In this document: piece by piece, positions 27,114 through 36,343 of the stretch
Numbering within the stretch: position 1 is the first letter of the stretch
How the letters are laid out: every line of letters begins with the position of its first letter
NCBI GenBank assembly: GCA_040773245.1
Contig: JAXGWO010000003.1
Coordinates: forward strand, 6,629-70,628
Direction: 5' to 3'
Length of the DNA stretch: 64,000 bases
Source of the DNA: PVC group bacterium
Lineage (GTDB): Bacteria > Auribacterota > Erginobacteria > Erginobacterales > Erginobacteraceae
The notes under the pieces: generated by a model
What the model was told of the DNA's origin: nothing
The model's input: the letters and a program-made list of their open reading frames with translations, nothing else
Database searches by the model: none
Position numbers and translations under genes: made by a program

Positions 27114-28010
27114 TCAGGCCCGGGGATGGGTCTGATCGTAGACCTTCTTCAGCCGCTCCTTGGAGACGTGGGTGTAGATCTGGGTGGTGCTGAGCGATTC
27201 GTGGCCGAGCAGTTCCTGGACGGCGCGGAGGTCGGCGCCGGCGTTGAGGAGATGGGTGGCGAAGGAGTGCCGCAGCGCGTGGGGGGTGATCTTCTTCCCG
27301 ATCGCCGCCTGCTTGATGTACTTATCCAGGAGTTTGCGGACCGAAGCGGCGCCGAGGCGCCGGCCCGAGCGGTTGACGAAGAACGGGTCGCCGGAACCGC
27401 CCTCCGGGAAGGCCTTCAGGTAATCCCGCAGCGCCCGGACCGCCCAGGAACCCAGGGGGCAGAGACGCTCTTTCTTCCCCTTCTCCCGGACCCGGACCAG
27501 GTCGCCGATCAGGTCGACGTCTCCCCGGTTCATCGCCACCAGCGCCCCGACCCGGATCCCGGTGGAGTAGAGAGTCTCGAGGATGGCCCGGTCCCGCAGC
27601 CCGAGCAGGGTCGAGGAGGAGGGGGCGGCCAGGAGGGACTCGACCTCCTCCCGGGTCAGGAAAGACGGCAGCCGCTTCTCCACCCGGGGGAGCCAGACCT
27701 GGCGGGCCGGGTTGTCGTCGAGCAGGCCTTCCCGCCGCAGGAACCGGAAGAAGGAACGGAGCGCCGAGATCTTCCGGGAGAGCGAGCGCTTGCCCACCCC
27801 CCGCTCCTGGAGCGCGGCCATATAACCCCGGATGACCAGCCGGTCGATCCCCTTCAGCCGGGCCGGCGACCCGCTGGCGGGGTCGCGGAGAAAACCGAGA
27901 AACTGGACCAGGTCCGACCGGTAGTTGCGCAGGGTGTGGGGCGAGGCGTTCCGCTCCAGGCGGAGGTAGCGGATATAGGCGTCGATGTACTGTTCGAATT
28001 TCTCGACCAC
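27114..28010 (-). CDS. Tyrosine site-specific recombinase, XerC/XerD type; 298 aa
   Basis: Catalytic R ... HxLRH ... Y motifs ([28 protein letters not shown]). N-terminal SAM-like core-binding domain. Typical Xer length. Confidence 0.85.
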   Translation of the reverse strand: MVEKFEQYIDAYIRYLRLERNASPHTLRNYRSDLVQFLGFLRDPASGSPARLKGIDRLVIRGYMAALQERGVGKRSLSRKISALRSFFRFLRREGLLDDNPARQVWLPRVEKRLPSFLTREEVESLLAAPSSSTLLGLRDRAILETLYSTGIRVGALVAMNRGDVDLIGDLVRVREKGKKERLCPLGSWAVRALRDYLKAFPEGGSGDPFFVNRSGRRLGAASVRKLLDKYIKQAAIGKKITPHALRHSFATHLLNAGADLRAVQELLGHESLSTTQIYTHVSKERLKKVYDQTHPRA

Positions 28011-28027
28011 TGCCTCTAACCTCTTGG

Positions 28028-28115
28028 ACGGGATTTACGGGATGATTTTTTAGACAGGATAACAGGATCTACAGGATAGTGTTTGGGGAATGGGGAATGG
28101 AGAATGGGGAATGGG
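28028..28115. repeat. Short tandem repeats in the xer upstream region: ACGGGAT x2 (28028-28046), ACAGGAT(A) x3 (28054-28078), GGGGAATG-type heptamers x4 (28085-28115)
   Basis: Read directly from sequence. Confidence 0.6.
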
Positions 28116-28123
28116 ACAATTCA

Positions 28124-29044
28124 TTAGTTATCATCTCCGGCGGCGAAGCGGGCGGTGTAATCGCGGAAGAGCTCCATTAATTTTTTCGTCCGCTCGCCGG
28201 GGAGACCGGAGGAGATCGGGGTCCCGTCGATCTGGACCACCGGGACCACCTCCTTGTTGGTGGCGGTCAGGAAAACCTCGGAGGCGGCGAGCATTTCCTC
28301 GAGGGTGAACTCCCGGACCTCGACCGGGAAGACGTCAGCCGCCAGTTTCAGGACCAGGGACCGGGTCACGCCGGGAAGGACCCCCTCCCGGTTAGTCACC
28401 AGCCGGTCCCCGATCCAGGCGAAGACCGTCACCGTCTGCCCCTCGCGGACCCGGCCGGCGCGGTCAACCAGGATCGCCTCCACCGCCTCTCTCTCGGCGG
28501 CCTGCTGGAGGGCGACGATCGTCGCGAGGTAGTTGAGGGTCTTGGCGGCGGGGATCGGCCTCCGGCCCCGGTTGGTGATCACCTTCACCCCGCGGTCGTA
28601 CCACCAGCCGGGGAAGGGCTTCAGGGGGGTAACCAGGACCAGGAGCCGGGGCCGGCCGGCCGGCATCAGGGAATCCGGGCTGGGACCCCCGGTCACGATC
28701 ACCCGGATATTCGATTCCACCCGGGGGTTCTGCTCCAGGGTCCGGCGGACGATGGCGGCTATCTCCAGATCCGGCCAGGGGCAGGGAAGCCGGATCAGGC
28801 GGGCCGACTCCCGGAGCCGGGCCAGATGGTCTTCCAGCAGGAAGGGTCTCCCCCCGTAAGTCCGGATGAAGTCGAAGACGCCGTAGCCCCGCAGGAGGGC
28901 GAGATCGTCTACCGGGATCGCCGCCCGGTCAGCCGGAAGATACCGGCCGTCGATATAATAGATGTTGGCTCCCTTCACGCCGACAGCATAACAATCCGGA
29001 TGGGGAAGGACAATCATATTGCCGTACCGGGCGGGCGGGAACAC
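28124..29044 (-). CDS. Class IV aminotransferase (branched-chain / D-amino-acid aminotransferase family); 306 aa
   Basis: Fold-type IV signatures: GYGVFDFIRTY, EVFLTATNKEVVPVVQIDG, LPGVTRSLVLKLA. Confidence 0.8.
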   Translation of the reverse strand: MFPPARYGNMIVLPHPDCYAVGVKGANIYYIDGRYLPADRAAIPVDDLALLRGYGVFDFIRTYGGRPFLLEDHLARLRESARLIRLPCPWPDLEIAAIVRRTLEQNPRVESNIRVIVTGGPSPDSLMPAGRPRLLVLVTPLKPFPGWWYDRGVKVITNRGRRPIPAAKTLNYLATIVALQQAAEREAVEAILVDRAGRVREGQTVTVFAWIGDRLVTNREGVLPGVTRSLVLKLAADVFPVEVREFTLEEMLAASEVFLTATNKEVVPVVQIDGTPISSGLPGERTKKLMELFRDYTARFAAGDDN

Positions 29045-29120
29045 TTTCCCTTGTACCCCGCCCGGAATTCTGCTATAAGGGAAGTCTAACGATCAACCCA
29101 ATCATACCTGGGGGAAGAAG

Positions 29121-30365
29121 ATGGTCAGAATCCGAGAGTTCAAGGCCCTCCGGCCGCGGGAGGACGAGGCCGCCGCGGTCGCCTCGCCGCCCTACGACGT
29201 GCTCGATTCCCGGGAGGCGCGAGTGCTCGCCCGGGGAAAGCCCTACAGTTTCCTCCACGTGGTCAAGCCGGAGATCGACCTGCCGGAGGAGACCGACCCC
29301 TACGACGAAACGGTCTACCTCAAGGGCCGGGAGAACCTGGACCGGCTGGCCGCCGACGGGGTATTGATCGATGATGAAGAACCGGCCCTTTACTTCTACC
29401 GCCAGGTAATGGGGAAGCACTCCCAGACCGGGCTGGTGGTCTGCGCCTCGATCGAGGATTACGAGAACGACCGGATCAAGAAGCACGAGCATACCCGGGC
29501 CGAGAAGGAAGCCGACCGGATCCGCCACGTCGAGACCCTGAACGCCAACACCGGCCCCGTCTTTCTCACCTACCGCGCTGACCGGGAGATGGACCGGCTG
29601 GCGGGCGAACTTACCTCCGCCGAACCGCTCTATGACTTCACCGCCGGTGACGGGGTCAGGCACACGGTCTGGAAGGTAACCGGCGCGGAGACGGTGAGGA
29701 AGATCAAGGGATTCTTCAGCCGCCTCGACAGTCTCTACGTGGCCGACGGCCACCACCGCTCGGCTTCCGCCGTCCGGGTCGGCCAGAAACGGCGGGAGGC
29801 CAACCCGGCCCATACCGGGGAGGAAGAGTACAACTTCTTTCTCGCCGTCCTCTTCCCCCACGATCAGCTCCAGATTATGGACTACAACCGGGTGGTGAAG
29901 GACCTGAACGGTTTCTCCCCGGAGGAGTTCCTCGGGAGGGTGGCCGAAAAGTTCGAAGTTGAAGCCTCCCGGAACAACCGGCCCGGCCGGCCCGCCGGCC
30001 TCCACGAGTTCGGGATGTACCTGGGCGGGCACTGGTACCGGCTGCGGGCCCGGCCGGGAAGTTTCCCGGCCCAGGACCCGGTTAAGTCCCTCGACGTCTC
30101 CATCCTCCAGGATAACCTCCTCGCCCCGATCCTGAAGATCGGCGACCCCCGAAAGGACAAGAGGATCGACTTCGTGGGGGGGATCCGGGGACTGGAGGAG
30201 CTGGCCCGGCGGGTGGACGGCGGGGAGGCGGTGGCCTTCGCCCTCCACCCCACCTCGATCGAGCAGCTGATGGCGATCGCCGACCGCGGCCTGGTTATGC
30301 CCCCGAAGTCGACCTGGTTCGAGCCCAAGCTCCGTTCCGGCCTCCTCGTCCACCGCCTGGACTGA
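29121..30365 (+). CDS. DUF1015-family protein; 414 aa
   Basis: N-terminal FKALRP ... SPPYDVLDSREAR pattern that I associate with DUF1015 proteins. Assignment is by recall and tentative. Confidence 0.5.
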   Translation: MVRIREFKALRPREDEAAAVASPPYDVLDSREARVLARGKPYSFLHVVKPEIDLPEETDPYDETVYLKGRENLDRLAADGVLIDDEEPALYFYRQVMGKHSQTGLVVCASIEDYENDRIKKHEHTRAEKEADRIRHVETLNANTGPVFLTYRADREMDRLAGELTSAEPLYDFTAGDGVRHTVWKVTGAETVRKIKGFFSRLDSLYVADGHHRSASAVRVGQKRREANPAHTGEEEYNFFLAVLFPHDQLQIMDYNRVVKDLNGFSPEEFLGRVAEKFEVEASRNNRPGRPAGLHEFGMYLGGHWYRLRARPGSFPAQDPVKSLDVSILQDNLLAPILKIGDPRKDKRIDFVGGIRGLEELARRVDGGEAVAFALHPTSIEQLMAIADRGLVMPPKSTWFEPKLRSGLLVHRLD

Positions 30366-30370
30366 AAAAA

Positions 30371-30577
30371 ATGAAGAAAGCTTTCATCCTGCTCCTCCTG
30401 GTTACTTTCATCTTCGTCTTTGTCGACAGCGGGACGCTCGAAGTCCGGATGGTGACCACGCCTCGAATCCAAGGCGGGGTCCAGATCGCGGAGGATCATC
30501 ACCGGGAATACACACTCCACTGGGACCGGTTCTTCAACTACCTGAAAAACATCCCGCACCGTCTGGGATGGCGATGA
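30371..30577 (+). CDS. Small hypothetical secreted/membrane protein; 68 aa
   Basis: Signal-peptide-like N-terminus MKKAFILLLLVTFIFVFV. Fills gap between DUF1015 and DUF503 genes. Confidence 0.3.
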   Translation: MKKAFILLLLVTFIFVFVDSGTLEVRMVTTPRIQGGVQIAEDHHREYTLHWDRFFNYLKNIPHRLGWR

Positions 30578-30855
30578 AGATCCGCTTGCTGGTGGTTGAT
30601 TTCCATCTGCCCGGCTGCCGTTCCCTGAAGGAGAAGCGTCACCGGACCCGGGGGATCCGGGACCGGTTCGGGAAGCAGTCCAACCTGGCGGTGGCCGAGT
30701 GCGATTTCCAGGACGACCACCAGCGCGCCCGCTGGGCTTTTGTCCTCCTCGCCTCCGACGCCGGGTCCCTCGACCGGGCGGCCTCCGACCTGGAGAACCG
30801 GCTGGAGCTCTCGGTGGACGGGGTGATCACCGGCATCGAGACCAACCACCTCTGA
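30568..30855 (+). CDS. DUF503 (YlxP-like) family protein; 95 aa
   Basis: Matches the DUF503 pattern: L-x-LPG-x-RSLKEKR ... NLAVAECDFQDDHQRARWAFVLLASD. Confidence 0.65.
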   Translation: MAMKIRLLVVDFHLPGCRSLKEKRHRTRGIRDRFGKQSNLAVAECDFQDDHQRARWAFVLLASDAGSLDRAASDLENRLELSVDGVITGIETNHL

Positions 30856-30877
30856 ACCCCTTATTTTACAAATCAAG

Positions 30878-31681
30878 TCATACCTGTTTTGTAAAATAAG
30901 GATCGAGCAGGCGGGCGATCCGGGCTTCCATCGCCCGGTGGTGGGACCCGGACCAGTAGACCTTGCCGCAGGCTGTGCAGAGCCGGAAGAGGTGATGTTC
31001 CTCGCGGGTCCGGGGGGGAAGGCGGTCGAGGACTTCCTCCCGGGGGACGTCCTCGAGAAGACCGTTGCAGGTCAGGCAGCGGCTGAAGGGCCGGCTCTTA
31101 TCCCGAAGCCCGAACCTCTCCAGCACTTCCCGGACCTGATCTTCCGGGTTCTGCGCCCGGACCCAGCAGCCGCGGCGGACCAGGGAGTTCTTCAGCAGCC
31201 CCTGGTCCCGGGTCAGGATAATCCGCTCCTCGCGGAGGGCGACCCGGATGATCTCCTCGTCCGGATAGTCGTTGCGGTAGAGACTGTCGAAGCCGAGCAT
31301 CCTCAGCCACCGGGCCGGCTTGCCGAGGTGGACATCGAGGATGAAGGCGGACCTTTCCGGCGGGGGCGGCTGGAGACGCTTCAGGGGGGCGAGATCGAGA
31401 GCGGTAAAAGCCGGATAGACGGCGATCCGCTCCCCCGGCGAGAGCCGGTGTTCGAACCCCACCGACCGGCCGGAAGCAACAATGAGATCGACTTCCGGAT
31501 GGGGAACTCCGATGGCCTCGATGGCGTCCTTGACCGCGGGCGTGCCCGAGAAATCATATCGGACCGTCCGCTGCCTTAATTCCGGGGGGAGAAAGTCGTT
31601 CAAGTTCCCGTAAAACCGAAAATCGGCACTCCCCTCCCCCACTCCGACCGGAGCCGTCTCGGGCCTCTCACCAGTGTTCAT
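30878..31681 (-). CDS. Mut7-C RNase-domain protein with N-terminal Ub-Mut7C (MoaD/ThiS-like) domain and C-terminal zinc ribbon; 267 aa
   Basis: FYGNLNDFLPPELRQRTVRYDFSGTPAVKDAIEAIGVPHPEVDLIVASGRSVGFEHRLSPGERIAVYP is the Ub-Mut7C signature. CLTCNG ... CTACG Zn ribbon at the C-terminus. Confidence 0.7.
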   Translation of the reverse strand: MNTGERPETAPVGVGEGSADFRFYGNLNDFLPPELRQRTVRYDFSGTPAVKDAIEAIGVPHPEVDLIVASGRSVGFEHRLSPGERIAVYPAFTALDLAPLKRLQPPPPERSAFILDVHLGKPARWLRMLGFDSLYRNDYPDEEIIRVALREERIILTRDQGLLKNSLVRRGCWVRAQNPEDQVREVLERFGLRDKSRPFSRCLTCNGLLEDVPREEVLDRLPPRTREEHHLFRLCTACGKVYWSGSHHRAMEARIARLLDPYFTKQV

Positions 31682-32180
31682 AACGGACGATCGCTTCCCT
31701 TGGCAGCCGGGCTTTCTCCGCCGGGGGGGAGTCCTTTGGATATCCGACCGGGAGGAGGGCGACCACCCGGATCTCTTCGGGGATGGCGAGAATCTCCTTC
31801 ACCCGGTCCTCGAAGAAGGCCCCGATCCAGCAGGTTCCCAGACCCTCGGCCGCCGCCGCCAGGGTGATGTGGTCGACCGCGATCGCCAGATCGATCGGGT
31901 AGCAGAGCTGGCCGCAGGTCATCACGTGGTGGTCGGTCTCGGCGCAGCAGGCCAGGACCACCGGAGCCTGGCCGACGAACCGCTGGCCCCGGGCCGCCTC
32001 CGCCAGCTTCCGGCGGGTTTCGGGATCGCGGACGACGATGAACCGCCACTCCTGAAAATTCTTGGCCGAAGGCGCCAGGCGGCCGGCTTCCAGCAGGCGG
32101 TTCAACACTTCATCGGCGATCTCCCGTTCGGCAAAAGCCCGGACACTCCGGCGGCGACGAATTGCTTCGTAGATATCCAT
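31668..32180 (-). CDS. Nitroreductase-family protein; 170 aa
   Basis: RRSVRAF ... LLEAGRLAPSAKNFQEWRFIVV nitroreductase signature. Confidence 0.8.
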   Translation of the reverse strand: MDIYEAIRRRRSVRAFAEREIADEVLNRLLEAGRLAPSAKNFQEWRFIVVRDPETRRKLAEAARGQRFVGQAPVVLACCAETDHHVMTCGQLCYPIDLAIAVDHITLAAAAEGLGTCWIGAFFEDRVKEILAIPEEIRVVALLPVGYPKDSPPAEKARLPREAIVRYEHW

Positions 32181-32189
32181 AATCTCCTC

Positions 32190-33053
32190 CTAACTTGATT
32201 CGAGGTATCGACGGAATAAACGGTAAAATCCTTTCCCCCCGGTCACCCCTCTCTCCCCTTCCGGTCCGGCGGCCAGGGCCGTGACATCGTACCAGTGTTT
32301 CAGCCGGAAGAACCGGAAGAGCCGGGGGGAGATCGCCCCCCGGGGACAGATATAGATACAGCGCATACAGATGATACAGCGGTCGGAGAAGACGATCTTC
32401 CCGCCGCTCTCCCGGATGTTGCCCACCGGGCAGCTCCGGGCGCAGAGGCCGCAGAGGTCGCAGGCGGAAGAGGCCTGGAGGTCGCGGCCGAAATACTTCC
32501 CGCCCCTCCGCTCCAGCCGGCTCAGGTGCCGGGTGAGAAAGCGGGCGACCCGGCCGGGATTCTCCAAGCGGGAGATTCCGGCGGCCACCTCGGCGGCGAT
32601 GGTCTCCGTCCGGCTCTCCGCCGCTGCCAGCAGCCGGCGGATGAAGGCATCGGGGTAGCGGACAAAGACGTTGGAGGGCATCACCACCATACTCTCGTGG
32701 AAGACCTCCCAGCCCCGGTTCCTGAAAGCCCGGATCACCAGGTGGGAGGAGCCGCCGTTGAATAAGGGGTCGGCCGGACCCTTGACGATGAAGACCCTCC
32801 GGCCCTCCCCGTCCGGGAGGGCGGCGATGAAGTCGAAGACCGGAGCGGGGGCGTTGAGAGCGTGGATAGGATAGGCCAGACCGAGCACCCCGCCGGCCGG
32901 CGGGGCAAAGTCAGTCCGGGTGTCTTCAATCCGGACCAGGCGGACCGGCCTATCCCGGCGGGCGAATTTTTCCGCCAGCCGCCCGACCAGGTGCTCGGTA
33001 TTACCGGTCCCGGAGAAATAGGCCAGCTCGATGGAATCCGGTTTAAAGCTCAT
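32190..33053 (-). CDS. Flavodoxin-like domain fused to 4Fe-4S dicluster ferredoxin domain; 287 aa
   Basis: N-terminal AYFSGTGNTEHLV (flavodoxin-like FMN site). C-terminal CDLCGLCARSCP and CIICMRCIYICP ferredoxin motifs. Confidence 0.65.
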   Translation of the reverse strand: MSFKPDSIELAYFSGTGNTEHLVGRLAEKFARRDRPVRLVRIEDTRTDFAPPAGGVLGLAYPIHALNAPAPVFDFIAALPDGEGRRVFIVKGPADPLFNGGSSHLVIRAFRNRGWEVFHESMVVMPSNVFVRYPDAFIRRLLAAAESRTETIAAEVAAGISRLENPGRVARFLTRHLSRLERRGGKYFGRDLQASSACDLCGLCARSCPVGNIRESGGKIVFSDRCIICMRCIYICPRGAISPRLFRFFRLKHWYDVTALAAGPEGERGVTGGKGFYRLFRRYLESS

Positions 33054-33110
33054 ACCGGGCTTATCTTACCATCTCAAGCGTTCCCGGGCGAGATTGAAGC
33101 CTCTTCTGCG

Positions 33111-33147
33111 AAAAAAAATGCGCGCCCCGGCGTTAGCCGGGGCGCGC
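33111..33147 (-). terminator. Intrinsic terminator for the Hsp20 operon: 12-bp GC stem (GCGCGCCCCGGC / GCCGGGGCGCGC, loop GTTA) followed on the minus strand by U8
   Basis: Read directly. A8 at 33111-33118 on the plus strand equals U-tract on the minus strand immediately 3' of the stem. 36 nt downstream of the Hsp20 stop. Confidence 0.65.
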
Positions 33148-33183
33148 GGCGGGGCGCCGGCCAGGGGGGTGGCCGGGTGTTGA

Positions 33184-33543
33184 TTACCCCGCCTTGATCT
33201 CGATCTTCCGGGCCTTCGGCTTGGCCACCTTGCCCAGGATCAGTTCGAGAACACCGTCCTTGAGGGTGGCGTTGACCTTCTCCCGGTCGATCACGTTGCC
33301 GAGGACGAAGGTCCGGCGGAAGTCATAGGGATACCTTTCACCGTAAACCATACTGATCCCCTGGGCTTCCGGAGACCGTCTCCCGGTGATGGTCAGCCGG
33401 TCCCCGTCGATGTCGATATCGAGGTTCTCCCGGTTCACCCCGGGAAGTTCGGCCTGGAGAACGATCCGCTCCTCCTCCTCATAGATGTTAACCCGGGGCT
33501 CGATGAACCGGGATTCTCTATCTCTCTCCGTTTTCATCTTCAC
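33184..33543 (-). CDS. Hsp20/alpha-crystallin family small heat-shock protein; 119 aa
   Basis: Alpha-crystallin domain ERIVLQAELPGVNRENLDIDIDGDRLTITG. Confidence 0.85.
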   Translation of the reverse strand: MKMKTERDRESRFIEPRVNIYEEEERIVLQAELPGVNRENLDIDIDGDRLTITGRRSPEAQGISMVYGERYPYDFRRTFVLGNVIDREKVNATLKDGVLELILGKVAKPKARKIEIKAG

Positions 33544-34091
33544 TCACCCCCTTTGCCCTTCTTCCCCGGTTTCTCCCCGGCCTTGATCGCGATCTTCTTC
33601 CCCTTGACCGCCTCTTTCTTGGGGAGCTTCACCTCGAGGACCCCGTCCTTGTAGGAAGCCTCGACCTTGGCCTCATCGACTTCGGAAGGCAGCGCCACCG
33701 ATCTCTGGAAGAGGCCGTAACTCCTCTCCACCCGGTGGAAATTTTCCTCCTTGACCTCGGTCTCGCTCTTCTTCTCCCCCTTGATGGTCAGGGTGTTGCC
33801 GAGAATCGAGAGATCGATGTCCTCCTTCTTCAGGCCGGGAAGATCCGCCCGGACCAAAACGCTGTCCTTGTCCTCGCAGACATCGACCAGGGGGCTCCAG
33901 GCGCCTTCCAGCAGGTCGCCTTCCGAGGCCTGCCAGGGGGCGAGCTTCCTCTCAAAGAACTGGTCGAGATCGTCGCGGAACCCGCTCAGCCAGGAGAAGG
34001 GGTCCAGCTCCGCTCTCGGACGGTACCGGATCAGTTTCATCACCTTCACCTCCTTTGGTTTGAGGGTTTCCTTCTCGGGGTTAAACCTCAC
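33540..34091 (-). CDS. Hsp20/alpha-crystallin family small heat-shock protein; 183 aa
   Basis: Alpha-crystallin domain DSVLVRADLPGLKKEDIDLSILGNTLTIKGEKK. 4-nt overlap with downstream Hsp20 paralogue. Confidence 0.85.
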   Translation of the reverse strand: MRFNPEKETLKPKEVKVMKLIRYRPRAELDPFSWLSGFRDDLDQFFERKLAPWQASEGDLLEGAWSPLVDVCEDKDSVLVRADLPGLKKEDIDLSILGNTLTIKGEKKSETEVKEENFHRVERSYGLFQRSVALPSEVDEAKVEASYKDGVLEVKLPKKEAVKGKKIAIKAGEKPGKKGKGGE

Positions 34092-34201
34092 CCTTCGCCT
34101 TAATTAAAAGCATAACCCGTGCCATAAGAATGAGAAGATGATGTTTTTTGTTATCTTATTACTTATCAACCGATTAGATCATTAATCCCGGAAATAACAA
34201 C

Positions 34202-34238
34202 GCCCCGCCGATGTAACATTATGTTACATCGGCGGGGC
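34202..34238 (-). terminator. Perfect 17-bp inverted repeat (GCCCCGCCGATGTAACA tta TGTTACATCGGCGGGGC). Likely terminator of the AraC-family gene (U-rich tail on the minus strand). Located in the AT-rich Hsp20 promoter region.
   Basis: Read directly. On the minus strand the stem is followed by GUUGUUAUUUCC. Lies 50 nt 3' of the AraC-family stop and ~110 nt upstream of the Hsp20 operon start. Confidence 0.5.
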
Positions 34239-34287
34239 TAAAAATACAAATGTGTCAGATAGGAACACTTATCCTGATCCGGGGAAT

Positions 34288-35190
34288 CTACTCGAGCGGG
34301 ACGTAAATCTCGGTCCGGAGCTGGGCGGGCGGGGTCCGGTGGGGATCGTTAAGATAGATCTCCAAGCAGGGGTCGGAGCTGATCACCCGCCCGTTCCGGG
34401 GCGCCCACTCCCCGGAGATCCGGCCGTAGGTTTCGGCCAGCTTTTCGTAAGGACCATTATGGACCGTCATCGCGTAATCCCCGCCCTTGAGAGTCTGCAC
34501 CCCGATCTCCCCTTCCGGCTCGACCGTCTCGTCGACCGTGACGCAGGCGTCATAGCGGATCTTCTCCGGGGGGGTGACCTCGGGGTCATCGTAGGAGATC
34601 CCGATGACCGTGGTCCGGGGGCCGAGCAGTCCCCGGCGGCCGGCCCAGGCGCAGAGCTTGCCCCAGGCTTCTCCGCACTCCGCGTAGGGTCCGATATGCC
34701 GGACGAAAGCGACCCGGGTCGGTTGACGTTTGACTATTTTCATCTTCATCTCCATCTCCGCACCTCCTTGGGTTAGCGGTTGGAACTTCGGGATTTCACC
34801 CCGGGGCTGGTAGTGGACCCCGGAGCGGGGGCCGTCCGCCCCCGCCGGACCGGCCCCCCGGCGCGCGCGGGAAGGAGCCAGGCCGAACTGGGAACGGAAG
34901 GCCCGGGTGAAAGATTCGTGGGTTTCGTACCCCGCCTCGAGGGCGATGTCGAGGATGGAGCGTCTGGTGGACCGGAGCCGGAGAAGCGACCGCTCCAGGC
35001 GGAGACGCCGGATATGCTCCATCACCGACTCGCCGACCAGGCCGCGAAAGATCCGGTGGAAATGAAAGGGCGAAAAGTAAGCGATCGCCGCCAGCTCGTT
35101 CAGCTCCAGGGGTTCGTCGAGGTGGCGCTGGATATGAATCAGGACCCGCAGGATCCGCTCCTGGTAAACTTGTCTGGTTTCGCTTCTCAT
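34288..35190 (-). CDS. AraC-family transcriptional regulator with GyrI-like effector-binding C-terminal domain; 300 aa
   Basis: N-terminal AraC HTH (LNELAAIAYFSPFHFHRIFRGLVGESVMEHIRRLRLERS ... ETHESFTRAFR). C-terminal alpha/beta GyrI-like region. Confidence 0.8.
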   Translation of the reverse strand: MRSETRQVYQERILRVLIHIQRHLDEPLELNELAAIAYFSPFHFHRIFRGLVGESVMEHIRRLRLERSLLRLRSTRRSILDIALEAGYETHESFTRAFRSQFGLAPSRARRGAGPAGADGPRSGVHYQPRGEIPKFQPLTQGGAEMEMKMKIVKRQPTRVAFVRHIGPYAECGEAWGKLCAWAGRRGLLGPRTTVIGISYDDPEVTPPEKIRYDACVTVDETVEPEGEIGVQTLKGGDYAMTVHNGPYEKLAETYGRISGEWAPRNGRVISSDPCLEIYLNDPHRTPPAQLRTEIYVPLE

Positions 35191-35271
35191 CTGCCATCAT
35201 CTCCTGCCCGACCGGGGACAACTGATTGCGGCCCACCATACCACCGCCACTGGCGGTTTGCTTGACCATTC

Positions 35272-36327
35272 TTGCGGATTACGTATAATGAACTTATGGA
35301 CGACCTCAAGGAACAGCTCGCCTACTGCCACCGGGTTCTACCCCGGGTCAGCCGGACCTTCGCCCTCGGCATCAAACTGCTCCGCCAGCCCCTGCGGGAC
35401 CGGGTCGCGGTCGCCTACCTGATCTGCCGGATTCTCGACACCATCGAGGATACCGCTTCGATCCCCGCTCCGGACCGGGCGGAACTTCTGGAACGGGCCG
35501 GGAGCGAACTGGCCGACCCCGAGCGCTGGCGGGGTTGCTGCCGGGCGATCGGCGCCGTCTTCACCGCGGAGGAATTCCCCGGCGATGAAGCCGGTCTCTG
35601 CCGGAGGGCCGGCGCGGTGCTGGAGGTCTATCACCGTTTCGATCCGGCGGTCCGGGCGGCGATCGCCGGTCCGGCGGGGGAGATGGCGTCCGGGATGGCC
35701 GGGACCGTGCGGCGGGAAGCCGCGACGGGCGGCCTGCGCCTGGAGACGGTTGCGGACCTGGAGGAGTACTGCTACTATGTCGCCGGGACGGTCGGGGCGA
35801 TGCTCACCGATCTTTTCCGCCTCGACCGGCCGGCCCTCCGCACCCCGGCGGAAGCGAAACTCCGCGCGGCCGGGGTGGACTTCGGACTGGGGCTCCAGCT
35901 GACCAACATCATCAAGGGGATCACCGACGACATCTCCCGGGGGGTCAGCTACCTCCCCCGGCGGATCCTGGAAGAAATCGGGGCCACCCTGGAGGAGTTG
36001 ATCAGGGAGCCCGCCGATCCCCGGGCCCGGGCAGTGGCGGAGAGTCTGGTCCGCCTCGCCCTCCCCCGCCTGGACCGGGGGCTGGAGTATACCCTGGCCA
36101 TCCCCGCCGGCGAGAGCGACCTCCGGCTCTTCTGCGCCCTGCCGCTCTTCTTCGCCGTCCGCACCCTGGGCCGGGCGGCGGATGTCAGCCGGGTCTTCGG
36201 GCGGGAACCGCTGAAGATCGGCCGGGAGGAGGTGGCGGAGATCCACCGACGGCTTGAGAAGATCGCCGGCGACGACGACAACCTGCGGGAAGAATACGAC
36301 CGGGAGAAGGACCGGCAGGGATTCTAA
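35272..36327 (+). CDS. Phytoene/squalene synthase family protein; 351 aa (TTG 35272 in track; ATG 35296 MDDLKEQ is an alternative start)
   Basis: YCHRVLPRVSRTFALGI ... YLICRILDTIED (first Asp-rich motif) and YCYYVAGTVGAML, typical of trans-isoprenyl diphosphate synthase head-to-head family. Confidence 0.75.
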   Translation: MRITYNELMDDLKEQLAYCHRVLPRVSRTFALGIKLLRQPLRDRVAVAYLICRILDTIEDTASIPAPDRAELLERAGSELADPERWRGCCRAIGAVFTAEEFPGDEAGLCRRAGAVLEVYHRFDPAVRAAIAGPAGEMASGMAGTVRREAATGGLRLETVADLEEYCYYVAGTVGAMLTDLFRLDRPALRTPAEAKLRAAGVDFGLGLQLTNIIKGITDDISRGVSYLPRRILEEIGATLEELIREPADPRARAVAESLVRLALPRLDRGLEYTLAIPAGESDLRLFCALPLFFAVRTLGRAADVSRVFGREPLKIGREEVAEIHRRLEKIAGDDDNLREEYDREKDRQGF

Positions 36328-36343
36328 ATTTGGGAGACCGGGA

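Noticed and set aside
27114-28010. Tyrosine recombinase considered as the island's integrase
   Set aside because: It has canonical XerC/XerD architecture, host-like GC, and lies 16 kb from the island boundary among housekeeping genes. More likely chromosome-dimer resolution than island mobilisation.
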